DNA from: Bacteroidota bacterium | GTDB taxonomy: Bacteria; Bacteroidota; Bacteroidia; UKL13-3 | DNA: 64,000 bases | NCBI GenBank assembly: GCA_947453415.1 | Contig: CANGGG010000003.1 | Location: 22,562-86,561 of the forward strand | Reading direction: 5' to 3' | Part shown: positions 1-9,500 of the stretch, one piece after another | Layout: every line of letters starts with the position of its first letter | How positions within the stretch are numbered: the first letter of the stretch is position 1 | Made by a program: the position numbers and the translations under genes | The notes under the pieces: generated by a model | What the model was told of the DNA's origin: nothing | The model's database searches: none | The model's input: only the letters and a program-made list of their open reading frames with translations

Positions 1-560
1 ATCCACATGGCTAATAAAATACCAACATCACCAATTCTATAAATGCTAAAAACTTTGATTGCATTTTTTACAGGCAAGTACCTTTCGCGGTAAAAACTTA
101 TCAATAAAAATGAAGAAATTCCTAATATTTCCCAACCAATAAATAAGGTTTCAAAATTTCCTGAAACTACCGTAATACAATAGCCAAGATAGAAAAACAT
201 TACGGTGTTAAAGAACCTTTTGTAACCTTTTTCTCGGTGTAAATAATACCTGCTATAAATGGTTACCAAAAAGGTTAGAAACGTTCCTACAAATAAGTAA
301 ACAGCTGTAATTTTATCGAAATAAAAATCAAGGAGAAATTCATAATTTGCAGTTTGAAAAATTACAATTTCTTTTTGATTTAAAACTGGTGCTCCATTGA
401 AAAACCAAAACAATACAAAACCTGAAAATAATGCCAATGAAATACCAAGAGATGTAAAGGAAACAAATGAAATAAGTTTTTCATTAAAGCGGTGAATCAC
501 TAACGTAATTAAAAATCCTAATAAAGGAATCAATATGAATAATTGAATAATTTTTTCCAT
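1..560 (-). CDS. dabB: N-terminal part of a NuoL/MnhA-like proton-translocating membrane subunit (DabB-type); the gene runs past the window start
   Basis: The ATG is the complement of 558-560, and the minus frame stays open to position 1. It translates as MEKIIQLFILIPLLGFLITLVIHRFNEKLISFVSF..., a hydrophobic N-terminus with a GWE..G-type motif like complex-I subunit L. It begins 7 nt after the dabA stop. Confidence 0.6.
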   Translation of the reverse strand, partial: MEKIIQLFILIPLLGFLITLVIHRFNEKLISFVSFTSLGISLALFSGFVLFWFFNGAPVLNQKEIVIFQTANYEFLLDFYFDKITAVYLFVGTFLTFLVTIYSRYYLHREKGYKRFFNTVMFFYLGYCITVVSGNFETLFIGWEILGISSFLLISFYRERYLPVKNAIKVFSIYRIGDVGILLAMW

Positions 561-567
561 TTTTTAA

Positions 568-3066
568 TTAATTATTATAAAGGTAAACAGGGAAATTTTC
601 TTCAGTTGATTCAATTAAAGTATTTAATTCAGAAATTGTTTTTAACTCCTCGGTTTGGGGTTTATAATTTACAAAAACACCTTCTTTAAATATTTGTAGT
701 TTTCTATCTATTGGATTGACTGACACCAAATGAATCCATTCGTTAATATACCATTGGTAAGTTTCCGGACTATCATTTATTGCTTTTAAAATTATTTCGG
801 GAAAATGTTCTACAATTAATAATAACCTTATTGGATCGTGTACTTCTATCATTTGACTTGGTAATCCTGGACGTAAATCACCATCAATGCCATTGGCCAC
901 ACCAATTAAACCCATTACATTATGTGGTAATTTGGTTCCCGCTCCTAGTTTTTGATTATCAACTCTTGAAAAATAATACTCTAAATTAATTCCACCACAA
1001 ACCGGACCAATTGGTTTTAAAATATTGGTTAAATACTTTCCCTCTAAATCTATTCTATAGTCGTATGAATTCAAGAAAGAGCGTCTGTCTAAAAACATAT
1101 TTTTGGTCAAATCTCTTTGTCCAACAATGCAAAGTGCATTGGTAGCATGGTTCAATTCAGGCCTTGGTTCAAATAAGGAAACAGAACGAAGTTTTACATC
1201 TTCATGTACTTTTTCAGCCTTTTGTTTTGTATTAGTTAATATAAATCTGCGTGATCTTTCCTTCGAATTTTCGTGTAATGCTTTGTTAAAGTTTAATTTA
1301 TTTTGCTCATGCAATTCTTTGTTTTTTTCTTGAAGTAAATCTTCATCATAAAACTCCATTTCATCTCTTGTGGTATCATGTAAAGCGCCAATAAATTGGG
1401 TAGTTTCAGGAATAACAAGTCCTTTTAAAGCAAGTATTTCTCTTACCTTTTTATGGTTAGCCATAAAACTCATAACCCTTGCATTTACAGAACCTGGCCT
1501 ACCAGAACAAGCACCACAATCGTAACCTGCATAATGCGTATTATTGATGCTACTAGCACCATGCCCAAATAAATATACCAAAGGAGCAAAATTTTCAATT
1601 AAACCAATGCTATGCAATAAAGCGTCTACCCTAACTACCATTTCATCAACGGTGAAACCAACTTGCAAATCGCCTTCTTTTTGATTGACATTTCTGTTTT
1701 CAATGGTTAACTGCGAAAACTTGTCCATGTGCTTAAACGATGAAGTAGTAGCTGGACTCATGGTTGGTTTGAAAATATTGATTGCTAATTTAAAAGCAGA
1801 AGAAAAACCTAATGTTTGTGATATAATCCAACCACTTAGCAGAGAATGACTGTGCTTACTATAATGCGCATCATTGTCTTTATTTCCTTTGGTATTAATT
1901 TCTCTGATTAAATATTTTGGATTAACAGGTGCTGGGCAAAGTTTGGTATGAAATTTACCATTTTTAGGACTGTAATAAAATTCTACACCAAAAAATCCTG
2001 GAGTTCCAAATGTTTCGCAATTTTCATCATTATGTTCCACATATCTTCTTATAGAACATTCCCGGTCGTCAATACAAAATAAGGCTTGAAAACTCTTAGA
2101 AGTTTTCACTTCAATTTTACTTTTACTTAACTTTATTCCCGCCAAAACTTGATCGTAATAACTCCATTCAAAAGAATCTTGCCAAAGCATAATTACTTCC
2201 TTTAATTCAGTAGTTTTTATTGGTTCAAATAAAGGAATTGGAATGGTTTTAATGGTTTCTTTTAATGGTTTCCAATGATTACCAAATTGATTATCCAAGG
2301 CATTTATTTCTAACAATAATTCAAACACAATAAAGTCGTGAAGCGAAATATCTTTTGGGTCTAATAATGCTTTTGGATTGTCCTCTACAAATGACACCAT
2401 GCCCGACCAACCTTGATGTGCAAACTGTTGGTCATATAAATACTGAGCATATAAAGTTTCATCACCAATTAAAATATTCAATAAATTAGCAATGGAGTGT
2501 TCGTTATTTAACAGTAACTTTTTAACCCTTTTTGAATTAAAAATACTACCATAACTCATTCTTTCCAATTCTAAAATAGAAGATAAAAATCCTTTGTGGT
2601 GAATAGGAAAATTCCAAATGGCAATTCCTTGATCCAAATAACTTCCTACAGTTCTAAACAACATGGGATGAACCATGGCATCCATATCAAATTTATAAAG
2701 ATTTTTCCAGTTTGCTTTCAGCTTTCCAATCCTTGAATCTAAGGCATAGTCATAATTTTGCTGAAGCAATTTTAACTTCCATTCTACTAAATTACTGATT
2801 CCTTTTTTATCGGAAATTACTTTATCAAGTACTGTATTATTAATTCTACCATTACTATATAAAACCCTATAATCGTTCAATGACAAGGTTGTTTTATATC
2901 CAAAAATTTCAGAAGCATTTTTCAACGCATCGTAAAATTTTAAATGTTGAAAAGCATGTAAAGTATTGTGATGAATAAAATCCTTTAATGGTGCTTGTGC
3001 TGGCAAGTAATGTTTCAGCTCGTGCAAAACCTCGTGTTCATTGAAGTTTAATTGATTGTTTTTCAT
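568..3066 (-). CDS. dabA: DUF2309 family protein, putative DAB-type inorganic carbon transporter subunit DabA
   Basis: An 832-aa ORF. The N-terminus (LPAQAPLKDFIHHNTLHAF...) and overall size fit the DUF2309/DabA family. It lies directly upstream of the NuoL-like gene on the same strand. Confidence 0.7.
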   Translation of the reverse strand: MKNNQLNFNEHEVLHELKHYLPAQAPLKDFIHHNTLHAFQHLKFYDALKNASEIFGYKTTLSLNDYRVLYSNGRINNTVLDKVISDKKGISNLVEWKLKLLQQNYDYALDSRIGKLKANWKNLYKFDMDAMVHPMLFRTVGSYLDQGIAIWNFPIHHKGFLSSILELERMSYGSIFNSKRVKKLLLNNEHSIANLLNILIGDETLYAQYLYDQQFAHQGWSGMVSFVEDNPKALLDPKDISLHDFIVFELLLEINALDNQFGNHWKPLKETIKTIPIPLFEPIKTTELKEVIMLWQDSFEWSYYDQVLAGIKLSKSKIEVKTSKSFQALFCIDDRECSIRRYVEHNDENCETFGTPGFFGVEFYYSPKNGKFHTKLCPAPVNPKYLIREINTKGNKDNDAHYSKHSHSLLSGWIISQTLGFSSAFKLAINIFKPTMSPATTSSFKHMDKFSQLTIENRNVNQKEGDLQVGFTVDEMVVRVDALLHSIGLIENFAPLVYLFGHGASSINNTHYAGYDCGACSGRPGSVNARVMSFMANHKKVREILALKGLVIPETTQFIGALHDTTRDEMEFYDEDLLQEKNKELHEQNKLNFNKALHENSKERSRRFILTNTKQKAEKVHEDVKLRSVSLFEPRPELNHATNALCIVGQRDLTKNMFLDRRSFLNSYDYRIDLEGKYLTNILKPIGPVCGGINLEYYFSRVDNQKLGAGTKLPHNVMGLIGVANGIDGDLRPGLPSQMIEVHDPIRLLLIVEHFPEIILKAINDSPETYQWYINEWIHLVSVNPIDRKLQIFKEGVFVNYKPQTEELKTISELNTLIESTEENFPVYLYNN

Positions 3067-3247
3067 TTTTTATTGATACAATTCAAAAAACGATTTGTAT
3101 TTAAGTTTGAAAGTTAAACACTTATAAGCTATAAATACATGATTGAATAATGTGTTCAAATCAAATAGTTATTGACTAAAATGTTGATTTTAATAAAAAA
3201 AATAGCTGTTTGGATATAAAAAAATATCCTAGGATTTGAATAGAATT

Positions 3248-3595
3248 TTAAATTCTAAAACAATTATTAGCCTTATAAATGCTAATGTTGTTGGTGTAAT
3301 TGTGGTGATTATTTAATGATTCATTGCAAGTATTATCAATTTGAATAAATTGGAATAATGCAGTTAAATAATCTAATTCAATGAAAAAATCTTTGGTTCC
3401 ATTTTCTTCGCTTTCATCTTCTTCAATTTCAGAATTTGTTACGTTTAAAACAATATCTTTTTGGGAATCAGCACTATGAATTGAAGATTTTATATCAGTT
3501 TTGGAAATTGATATAAACGCACTTTGCCCTAAACAAATTTTAAGTATTAGCACTGAAGCTAATAACATAAATAAACGTGCGGTAGTGTTTTTCAA
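3248..3595 (-). CDS. hypothetical small secreted acidic protein
   Basis: A 115-aa ORF with a signal peptide (MKNTTARLFMLLASVLILKICLG) and a Glu-rich stretch. It has no recognisable domain. Confidence 0.3.
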   Translation of the reverse strand: MKNTTARLFMLLASVLILKICLGQSAFISISKTDIKSSIHSADSQKDIVLNVTNSEIEEDESEENGTKDFFIELDYLTALFQFIQIDNTCNESLNNHHNYTNNISIYKANNCFRI

Positions 3596-3826
3596 GGACG
3601 CGAAGGAACAAATTTTATTTGAAATTTCATTTATAAATTTTATTTAATTTGAAAAGAAAATGATATTCCTTGTTTTTATAGTTGATTTTTACAATGGTGT
3701 TACAAAAGTGATTAAACCAATAACTCAACTAAATATTTTATTAAATCTAATTTTTGATTGATATGTTTTTTTTAAATCAAAATGCTTCAATAAAAACAAA
3801 AAGTAAAAACTTTGTTTATTAAGTAT

Positions 3827-5317
3827 ATGGAAAAAAAAGCAATTAATATAGTTTGGTTTAAACGTGATTTAAGGCTTACCGATCATGAACCCTTATATTA
3901 TGCTTTGCAATCGGAGTTACCACTTTTGTTAATTTATATTTTTGAACCCAGTGTTATGGCCTATCACGACAGTGATTTAAGACATTGGCGTTTTGTATTT
4001 GAATCGCTCAAGGAAATGAATGAGCGCCTAAAAACAACCAATACAAAAATTTATATATTTCACAATGAGGCTAAGGATGTGTTTGAAGTGCTTGCGCATC
4101 AATTTAATATTCACAGTATTTTTTCATCAGAGGAAATTGGCAACGGACTTACATTTGAACGTGACAAAGCCATGAAAATATTATTTTTAAAAAATCGTAT
4201 TTTATGGAATGAATACCAAACAAATGGAATTGTTCGTGGGTTAAAAACCCGACAAAATTGGGAAAAACTTTGGGAAAATCAAATGACAAAACAGCCAAAT
4301 TTAGTAAAAGAAAATGGTTGGAATATGGTTGAACTTGACCAATCTATTTTTAATAAAATAAAAGGTGAAGAATTAAATATTGAAATCACTACTCGAAATA
4401 AAAACTTTCAAGAAGGAGGAGAATATTGGGCTTGGCGATATTTAGAAAATTTTTTAAAAGAACGACATGTCAATTACAGTAAACACATAAGTAAGCCTTT
4501 ACTAAGCAGAAAAGGCTGCAGTCGTTTATCGCCTTATTTAGCATATGGCAACATAAGTATGCGCATGGTTTTTAAATTTACAAAACAACATTACCCTACA
4601 TCTCCAAATAAAAGAGCTTTATCAAACTTCATTTCTCGATTGCATTGGCATTGTCATTTTATTCAAAAATTTGAAAGTGAAAGCAGGTATGAATTCGAAA
4701 ATATAAACCGTGCTTATCATTCATTAATCAAACCCAAAAACGAAGCTTATATTACAGCATGGCAAACTGGTAACACGGGCGTTCCAATAGTAGATGCATG
4801 CATGCGATGCTTGGTAGCTACTGGTTATATTAATTTCAGAATGAGGGCCATGGTGGTTTCATTTTTTGTTTTTAACCTTTGGCAAGACTGGCGTGAACTG
4901 CATTTTTTAGCGCGTCAATTCCTAGATTATGAACCAGGAATTCATTACCCACAATTACAAATGCAAAGTGGCACAACTGGTATTAATACCATTAGAATTT
5001 ATAATCCTATTAAAAATTCAGAAGAACACGATACTGAAGGATTATTTATTAAACAATGGATTCCAGAATTAAAAAATATTCCTTCAAAACTAATTCATGA
5101 ACCTCATAAACTAACTTTAATAGAGCAGCAGCTATATGGCTGTGAAATTGGAAAACATTATCCAGCTCCTATTGTTGACGTAGAAGCTACTAGAAAAAAA
5201 GCAAGTGAAATTGTTTGGAGTTTCAGAAAAAATGAGGACGTGAAAATAGAAGGGAAAAAAATATTGGCAAAACATGTTAACTTGTCAAAATCTAAATTAA
5301 CAAAAATAAAGAAATGA
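3827..5317 (+). CDS. divergent cryptochrome/photolyase-family (CPF) flavoprotein
   Basis: It has a photolyase-like N-terminal alpha/beta domain ([16 protein letters not shown]). Its FAD-binding domain motifs are [32 protein letters not shown] and ...WIPEL. The ATG at 3827 is preferred over the TTG at 3812 used by the ORF track. Its stop overlaps the tspO start (ATGA). Confidence 0.7.
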   Translation: MEKKAINIVWFKRDLRLTDHEPLYYALQSELPLLLIYIFEPSVMAYHDSDLRHWRFVFESLKEMNERLKTTNTKIYIFHNEAKDVFEVLAHQFNIHSIFSSEEIGNGLTFERDKAMKILFLKNRILWNEYQTNGIVRGLKTRQNWEKLWENQMTKQPNLVKENGWNMVELDQSIFNKIKGEELNIEITTRNKNFQEGGEYWAWRYLENFLKERHVNYSKHISKPLLSRKGCSRLSPYLAYGNISMRMVFKFTKQHYPTSPNKRALSNFISRLHWHCHFIQKFESESRYEFENINRAYHSLIKPKNEAYITAWQTGNTGVPIVDACMRCLVATGYINFRMRAMVVSFFVFNLWQDWRELHFLARQFLDYEPGIHYPQLQMQSGTTGINTIRIYNPIKNSEEHDTEGLFIKQWIPELKNIPSKLIHEPHKLTLIEQQLYGCEIGKHYPAPIVDVEATRKKASEIVWSFRKNEDVKIEGKKILAKHVNLSKSKLTKIKK

Positions 5318-5775
5318 AAAAATCAATTAAGTTAATATTATGCATTCTATTGCCACTTTTGGTGGGAGGTGTTTCTGGCTATTTTACATCGCAAAGTATT
5401 CCTAATAGGTACTTATACTTGAACAAACCAAGCTTTAATCCTCCTAATTATTTATTTGGCCCAGTATGGACTTTACAATACATTCTTATGGGAATTTCTT
5501 TTTATTTAGTAATAAATAAACCAAATGTAAATTGGTTATTAGTTGGTGTTTTTATCACACAATTAATATTAAACTTTTTTTGGAGTTTTATATTCTTTAA
5601 TGCTCATAATTTGGGCTTAGCATTGGTTGAAATAATAATACTATGGGCAAGCATTTTAGCGATGATTATTTTGTTTTACAAAACAAATAAATGGGCAGCT
5701 ATTTTAAATATTCCTTATTTACTTTGGGTAAGTTTTGCCACACTTTTAAACTATAGTATTTACAGTTTAAATTAA
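5314..5775 (+). CDS. tspO: TspO/MBR family tryptophan-rich sensory protein
   Basis: A 153-aa polytopic membrane protein. Its [13 protein letters not shown] and Trp-rich helices are typical of TspO/MBR. Confidence 0.8.
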   Translation: MKKSIKLILCILLPLLVGGVSGYFTSQSIPNRYLYLNKPSFNPPNYLFGPVWTLQYILMGISFYLVINKPNVNWLLVGVFITQLILNFFWSFIFFNAHNLGLALVEIIILWASILAMIILFYKTNKWAAILNIPYLLWVSFATLLNYSIYSLN

Positions 5776-5780
5776 ATTTT

Positions 5781-6494
5781 ATGAACACATTTTTAAGAGC
5801 CAAATGGCAAAACCTAATCATGGCTAACTATGAAATTGATCCTTCTATTTTATTGCCTTATTTGCCAAAAGGAGTTGAACTTGATTATTTTCATGGTAAA
5901 ACATACGTAAGCTTAGTTGGTTTTTTATTTAAAAACACTTCTATATTCAATATTCCTATTCCTTTTATGGGCACTTTTGAAGAAGTGAATCTTCGTTTTT
6001 ATGTGTTGCGAAAAGAAGGAAATGAAATAAAAAGAGGAGTAGTTTTTATCAATGAAACTGTGCCAAATAAAATGGTAGCATACGTAGCCAATAAACTTTA
6101 TAAAGAACATTACATTGCTATTCCAACCAAACATAGCTGGAAAATTAATGCCAATACCAAAGAAATAACATATCAGTGGAAGGTAAAATCTAAATGGAAC
6201 AGCATACAAGTAAATGCCTTGGCTACCAAGCAAAACATGGAAGCCGGAAGCATAGAGGAATTTATTTTTGAACATTATTTTGGGTATACCAAAGTAAATG
6301 AAAACCATAGTATTGAATATAAAATTAACCATCCTAGTTGGCAAATAAATGGTATAAATGACTATAAAATTGAATGTGATTTTGCAGCATTTTATGGCAA
6401 CGACTTTGATATTTTAAATCCCGCAAAACCTCATTCAGTAATGCTTGCAGAAGGTTCGGATATTAGTGTAGATTGGAAACGAATAAGCTTTTAA
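5781..6494 (+). CDS. DUF2071 (YqjF-like) family protein
   Basis: A 237-aa protein. W.NL...Y.IDP..L.P.LP.G.ELD.F.G...V.LV.F plus the later EHYFGYT motif match my recollection of the DUF2071 profile. Confidence 0.5.
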   Translation: MNTFLRAKWQNLIMANYEIDPSILLPYLPKGVELDYFHGKTYVSLVGFLFKNTSIFNIPIPFMGTFEEVNLRFYVLRKEGNEIKRGVVFINETVPNKMVAYVANKLYKEHYIAIPTKHSWKINANTKEITYQWKVKSKWNSIQVNALATKQNMEAGSIEEFIFEHYFGYTKVNENHSIEYKINHPSWQINGINDYKIECDFAAFYGNDFDILNPAKPHSVMLAEGSDISVDWKRISF

Positions 6495-6503
6495 AAACAG
6501 CAT

Positions 6504-6644
6504 ATGCAAGGAGTAAAAAAAGAAAATTTACCAGCTAAAATTTGCATTACCTGCAACAAGCCATTTACATGGAGAAAAAAATGGGAGAAAAATTGGAACG
6601 AAGTAAAATATTGCAGCGATAGATGCAGAAACAATAAAAAGTAA
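6504..6644 (+). CDS. DUF2256-like small Cys4 zinc-ribbon protein (46 aa), not in the ORF track
   Basis: I translated it by hand as [46 protein letters not shown]. The C..C...C..C spacing and a position beside photolyase genes are typical of DUF2256. Its stop TAA (6642-6644) overlaps the next ATG (6644). Confidence 0.6.
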   Translation: MQGVKKENLPAKICITCNKPFTWRKKWEKNWNEVKYCSDRCRNNKK

Positions 6645-8194
6645 TGTCCACTAAAACAAATAAAACTTTACGCTTAATTTTAGGCGACCAGCTAAATATT
6701 AATCATTCTTGGTTTCAAACTGTAGATGAATCGGTAACCTATGTGCTCATGGAAATTAGGAGTGAAACCGATTATGCACAACACCATATTCAAAAGGTAA
6801 TAGGCTTTTTTGCTGCTATGCAAAATTTTGCCAATGAGTTAAAGCAAATGAACCATCAAGTTATTTATTATGCCTTAAATGATGAAAATAATTTGCAGCG
6901 TTTTGATAAAAATTGCAAAGCATTAATAGCCAAACATCAATTTACAAATTTTGAATATCAATTACCTGACGAATATAGATTAGATGAGCATTTAAAACAG
7001 TTTACTAGCAAGCTAAATATTTCATTTAATGTGTTTGATTCAGAACATTTTTATAGCACTCGCAATGAATTAAAAGATTTATTTGAAGGTAAGAAAATGT
7101 ATTTAATGGAAACGTTTTATCGCTACATGCGAAAAAAACATGATGTATTAATTGTAGATGGCGATAAACCTTTAAATGGTAAATGGAACTTTGATGAAGA
7201 CAATAGACAAAAACTACCAAAGCACCATCAACCAATAGCGCCTTTGGTTTTTACAAACAATGTAAGAAAAATTGAAGAAGAGATAAAAATTGCAAACATA
7301 AAAACCATTGGAACAGTTGATAGCCAAAATTTTATTTGGCCAATAAATAGAGTTCAATCATTGCTATTACTCGATTTTTTTACGGAAAATTGTTTGCCTT
7401 TATTTGGAACCTTTCAAGATGCAATGGCACCAAATGAATGGTCAATTTATCATTCACGTTTATCATTTTCTATGAATATAAAATTACTTTCTCCCAAGGA
7501 AGTAGTTGATAAAGCCATTCAAGTTTATTTAAATAATCCAAGTAAAATGGAGTTCCACCAATTAGAGGGTTTTGTTCGACAAATAATTGGTTGGCGTGAA
7601 TACATGCGTGGTATTTATTGGTTAAAAATGCCAGAATACGCAACACTTAATTATTTTGAAAATAGTGAGCCTTTACCTACCTGGTTTTGGACAGGTAAAA
7701 CCAAAATGAATTGTTTGAAAAATGCAATACATCAATCCTTAGATTTTGCCTATGCACACCATATTCAAAGGCTCATGATTACTGGAAATTTTGCTTTATT
7801 AGCAGGTGTTCATCCTAATGAAGTTGATGCCTGGTATTTGGGAATTTATATTGATGCCATTGAGTGGGTTGAAATTACCAATACAAGAGGAATGAGCCAA
7901 TTTGCTGATGGAGGAATTGTTGGTACAAAACCTTATGTAAGTTCGGCTACTTACATTCACAAAATGAGTTCTTATTGCACAGGATGTTTTTACGACAAAT
8001 CGAAAAAAACGGGCGATAAAGCTTGTCCTTTTAACAGTTTGTATTGGAATTTTTACGATAAACATGAAGCCAAACTTGCCAAAAATCCACGTATAGGAAT
8101 GATGTATAATGTTTGGAGAAAAATGCAGCCAACTGCAAAAGCTGAATTGTTAGAACAAGCCGATTTTTACTTAAAAAATATCAATGATTTATAA
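6644..8194 (+). CDS. FeS-BCP class CPF protein, bacterial (6-4) photolyase PhrB/CryB-like
   Basis: It has an N-terminal LRLILGDQL motif and a C-terminal CTGCFY..x..CPFN four-Cys cluster, as in the [4Fe-4S]-binding PhrB/CryB group. It is 516 aa. Confidence 0.8.
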   Translation: MSTKTNKTLRLILGDQLNINHSWFQTVDESVTYVLMEIRSETDYAQHHIQKVIGFFAAMQNFANELKQMNHQVIYYALNDENNLQRFDKNCKALIAKHQFTNFEYQLPDEYRLDEHLKQFTSKLNISFNVFDSEHFYSTRNELKDLFEGKKMYLMETFYRYMRKKHDVLIVDGDKPLNGKWNFDEDNRQKLPKHHQPIAPLVFTNNVRKIEEEIKIANIKTIGTVDSQNFIWPINRVQSLLLLDFFTENCLPLFGTFQDAMAPNEWSIYHSRLSFSMNIKLLSPKEVVDKAIQVYLNNPSKMEFHQLEGFVRQIIGWREYMRGIYWLKMPEYATLNYFENSEPLPTWFWTGKTKMNCLKNAIHQSLDFAYAHHIQRLMITGNFALLAGVHPNEVDAWYLGIYIDAIEWVEITNTRGMSQFADGGIVGTKPYVSSATYIHKMSSYCTGCFYDKSKKTGDKACPFNSLYWNFYDKHEAKLAKNPRIGMMYNVWRKMQPTAKAELLEQADFYLKNINDL

Positions 8195-9484
8195 ATGAAA
8201 AGAGGAATTATTTGGTTTAAAAATGACTTGAGAATACATGACAATGAAACTTTAGTGAAAGCTATGGAACAATGTGATGAAATTATTCCAGTATATTGTT
8301 TTGATGAATCTCATTTTAAAATTACCGAGTTTGGATTCAACAAAACAGGGAATTTTAGAGCGCAATTTTTATTGGAATCATTGATTGATTTGGATAAAAA
8401 TTTAAGGTCAATTGGCTCAGGTTTAATCATTGTGAAAGGCAATCCAGCGCATGAAATAAGTATATTGGTACAAGCATTTAAAGTGCAAAAAGTATTTGCA
8501 AAAAAAGAAATTGCTTATGAAGAATTATATACTCAAAAAAAGGTAGAAATTGAATTACTAAAAGTAAATTGTTCACTTGAAACTTTTAGTACAAGCACAT
8601 TATACGAATTAAATGATTTGCCTTTTACCCTAAATAATATTCCTGATATTTTCACCAACTTTAGAAAATTAGTGGAAAAAGAATCACAGATTAAGGAATT
8701 TATTGAGAAGCCAAATCACATCAAATCGCCTTTTATTAAAACATTGAATTTGCCTACTTTAAATGAACTTTCACTGACTGAAGTTGCTATTGACAATAAA
8801 GCAGCTATTCAATTCAAAGGTGGAGAAACGGAATCATGGAAACGCCTAGATGATTATTTTTTTAAAACAAATTCTTTATCAAAATATAAAGAAACCCGAA
8901 ACGAATTAATTGGCGCAAATTACTCTTCAAAGTTTTCTGCTTGGCTAGCTTTAGGATGTATTTCTGCTAGAAGTATTTATGCTCAAATTCAACTATACGA
9001 AAAAAATATTATTGCCAATGAATCTACTTATTGGCTTGTATTTGAATTGTTATGGAGAGATTATTTTTACTTTGTAATGGCGAAATATGGTAATCGTTTT
9101 TTTCAGAAAAATGGAATTAAGATTGGAGTAAATAGTTCGGTAAACCACAATCTAATACTTTTCAATAAATGGCAAAATGCTGAAACAGGCAACGATTTTA
9201 TTGATGCCAATATGTTAGAACATAAATTGACTGGTTTTATAAGCAACAGAGGTAGGCAAAATGTGGCCAGTTATTTATGCAACGATTTAAAACTAGACTG
9301 GCGTTATGGAGCGGCATACTTTGAGCAACAATTAATAGATTATGATGTAAGTAGTAATTGGGGTAATTGGGCTTATTTGGCTGGTGTTGGCAATGACCCT
9401 CGTGGTAACAGAGCCTTTAATATTGAAAAGCAGGCTAATGATTACGACAAAAATAATTATTACAGAAATTTGTGGTTAAAGTAG
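8195..9484 (+). CDS. DASH-family cryptochrome (ssDNA photolyase-like)
   Basis: A 429-aa protein with a photolyase N-terminal domain (IIWFKNDLRIHDNETL) and a FAD domain (WQNAETGNDFIDANM...NWGNWAYLAGVGNDPRGNRAFN). Size and motifs fit Cry-DASH. It starts 1 nt after the previous stop. Confidence 0.75.
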   Translation: MKRGIIWFKNDLRIHDNETLVKAMEQCDEIIPVYCFDESHFKITEFGFNKTGNFRAQFLLESLIDLDKNLRSIGSGLIIVKGNPAHEISILVQAFKVQKVFAKKEIAYEELYTQKKVEIELLKVNCSLETFSTSTLYELNDLPFTLNNIPDIFTNFRKLVEKESQIKEFIEKPNHIKSPFIKTLNLPTLNELSLTEVAIDNKAAIQFKGGETESWKRLDDYFFKTNSLSKYKETRNELIGANYSSKFSAWLALGCISARSIYAQIQLYEKNIIANESTYWLVFELLWRDYFYFVMAKYGNRFFQKNGIKIGVNSSVNHNLILFNKWQNAETGNDFIDANMLEHKLTGFISNRGRQNVASYLCNDLKLDWRYGAAYFEQQLIDYDVSSNWGNWAYLAGVGNDPRGNRAFNIEKQANDYDKNNYYRNLWLK

Positions 9485-9500
9485 TAAATAACTAAAAAAC

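Noticed and set aside
3740-3826. Bacteroidota-type promoter (TTG / TAnnTTTG) upstream of the photolyase operon
   Set aside because: The AT-rich sequence contains many partial matches. I could not place a convincing -33/-7 pair with proper spacing by eye.
5925-6344. 139-aa minus-strand ORF
   Set aside because: It is entirely antisense to the well-supported DUF2071 gene. Its composition is AT-rich and Phe/Ile/Tyr-heavy, typical of chance ORFs.
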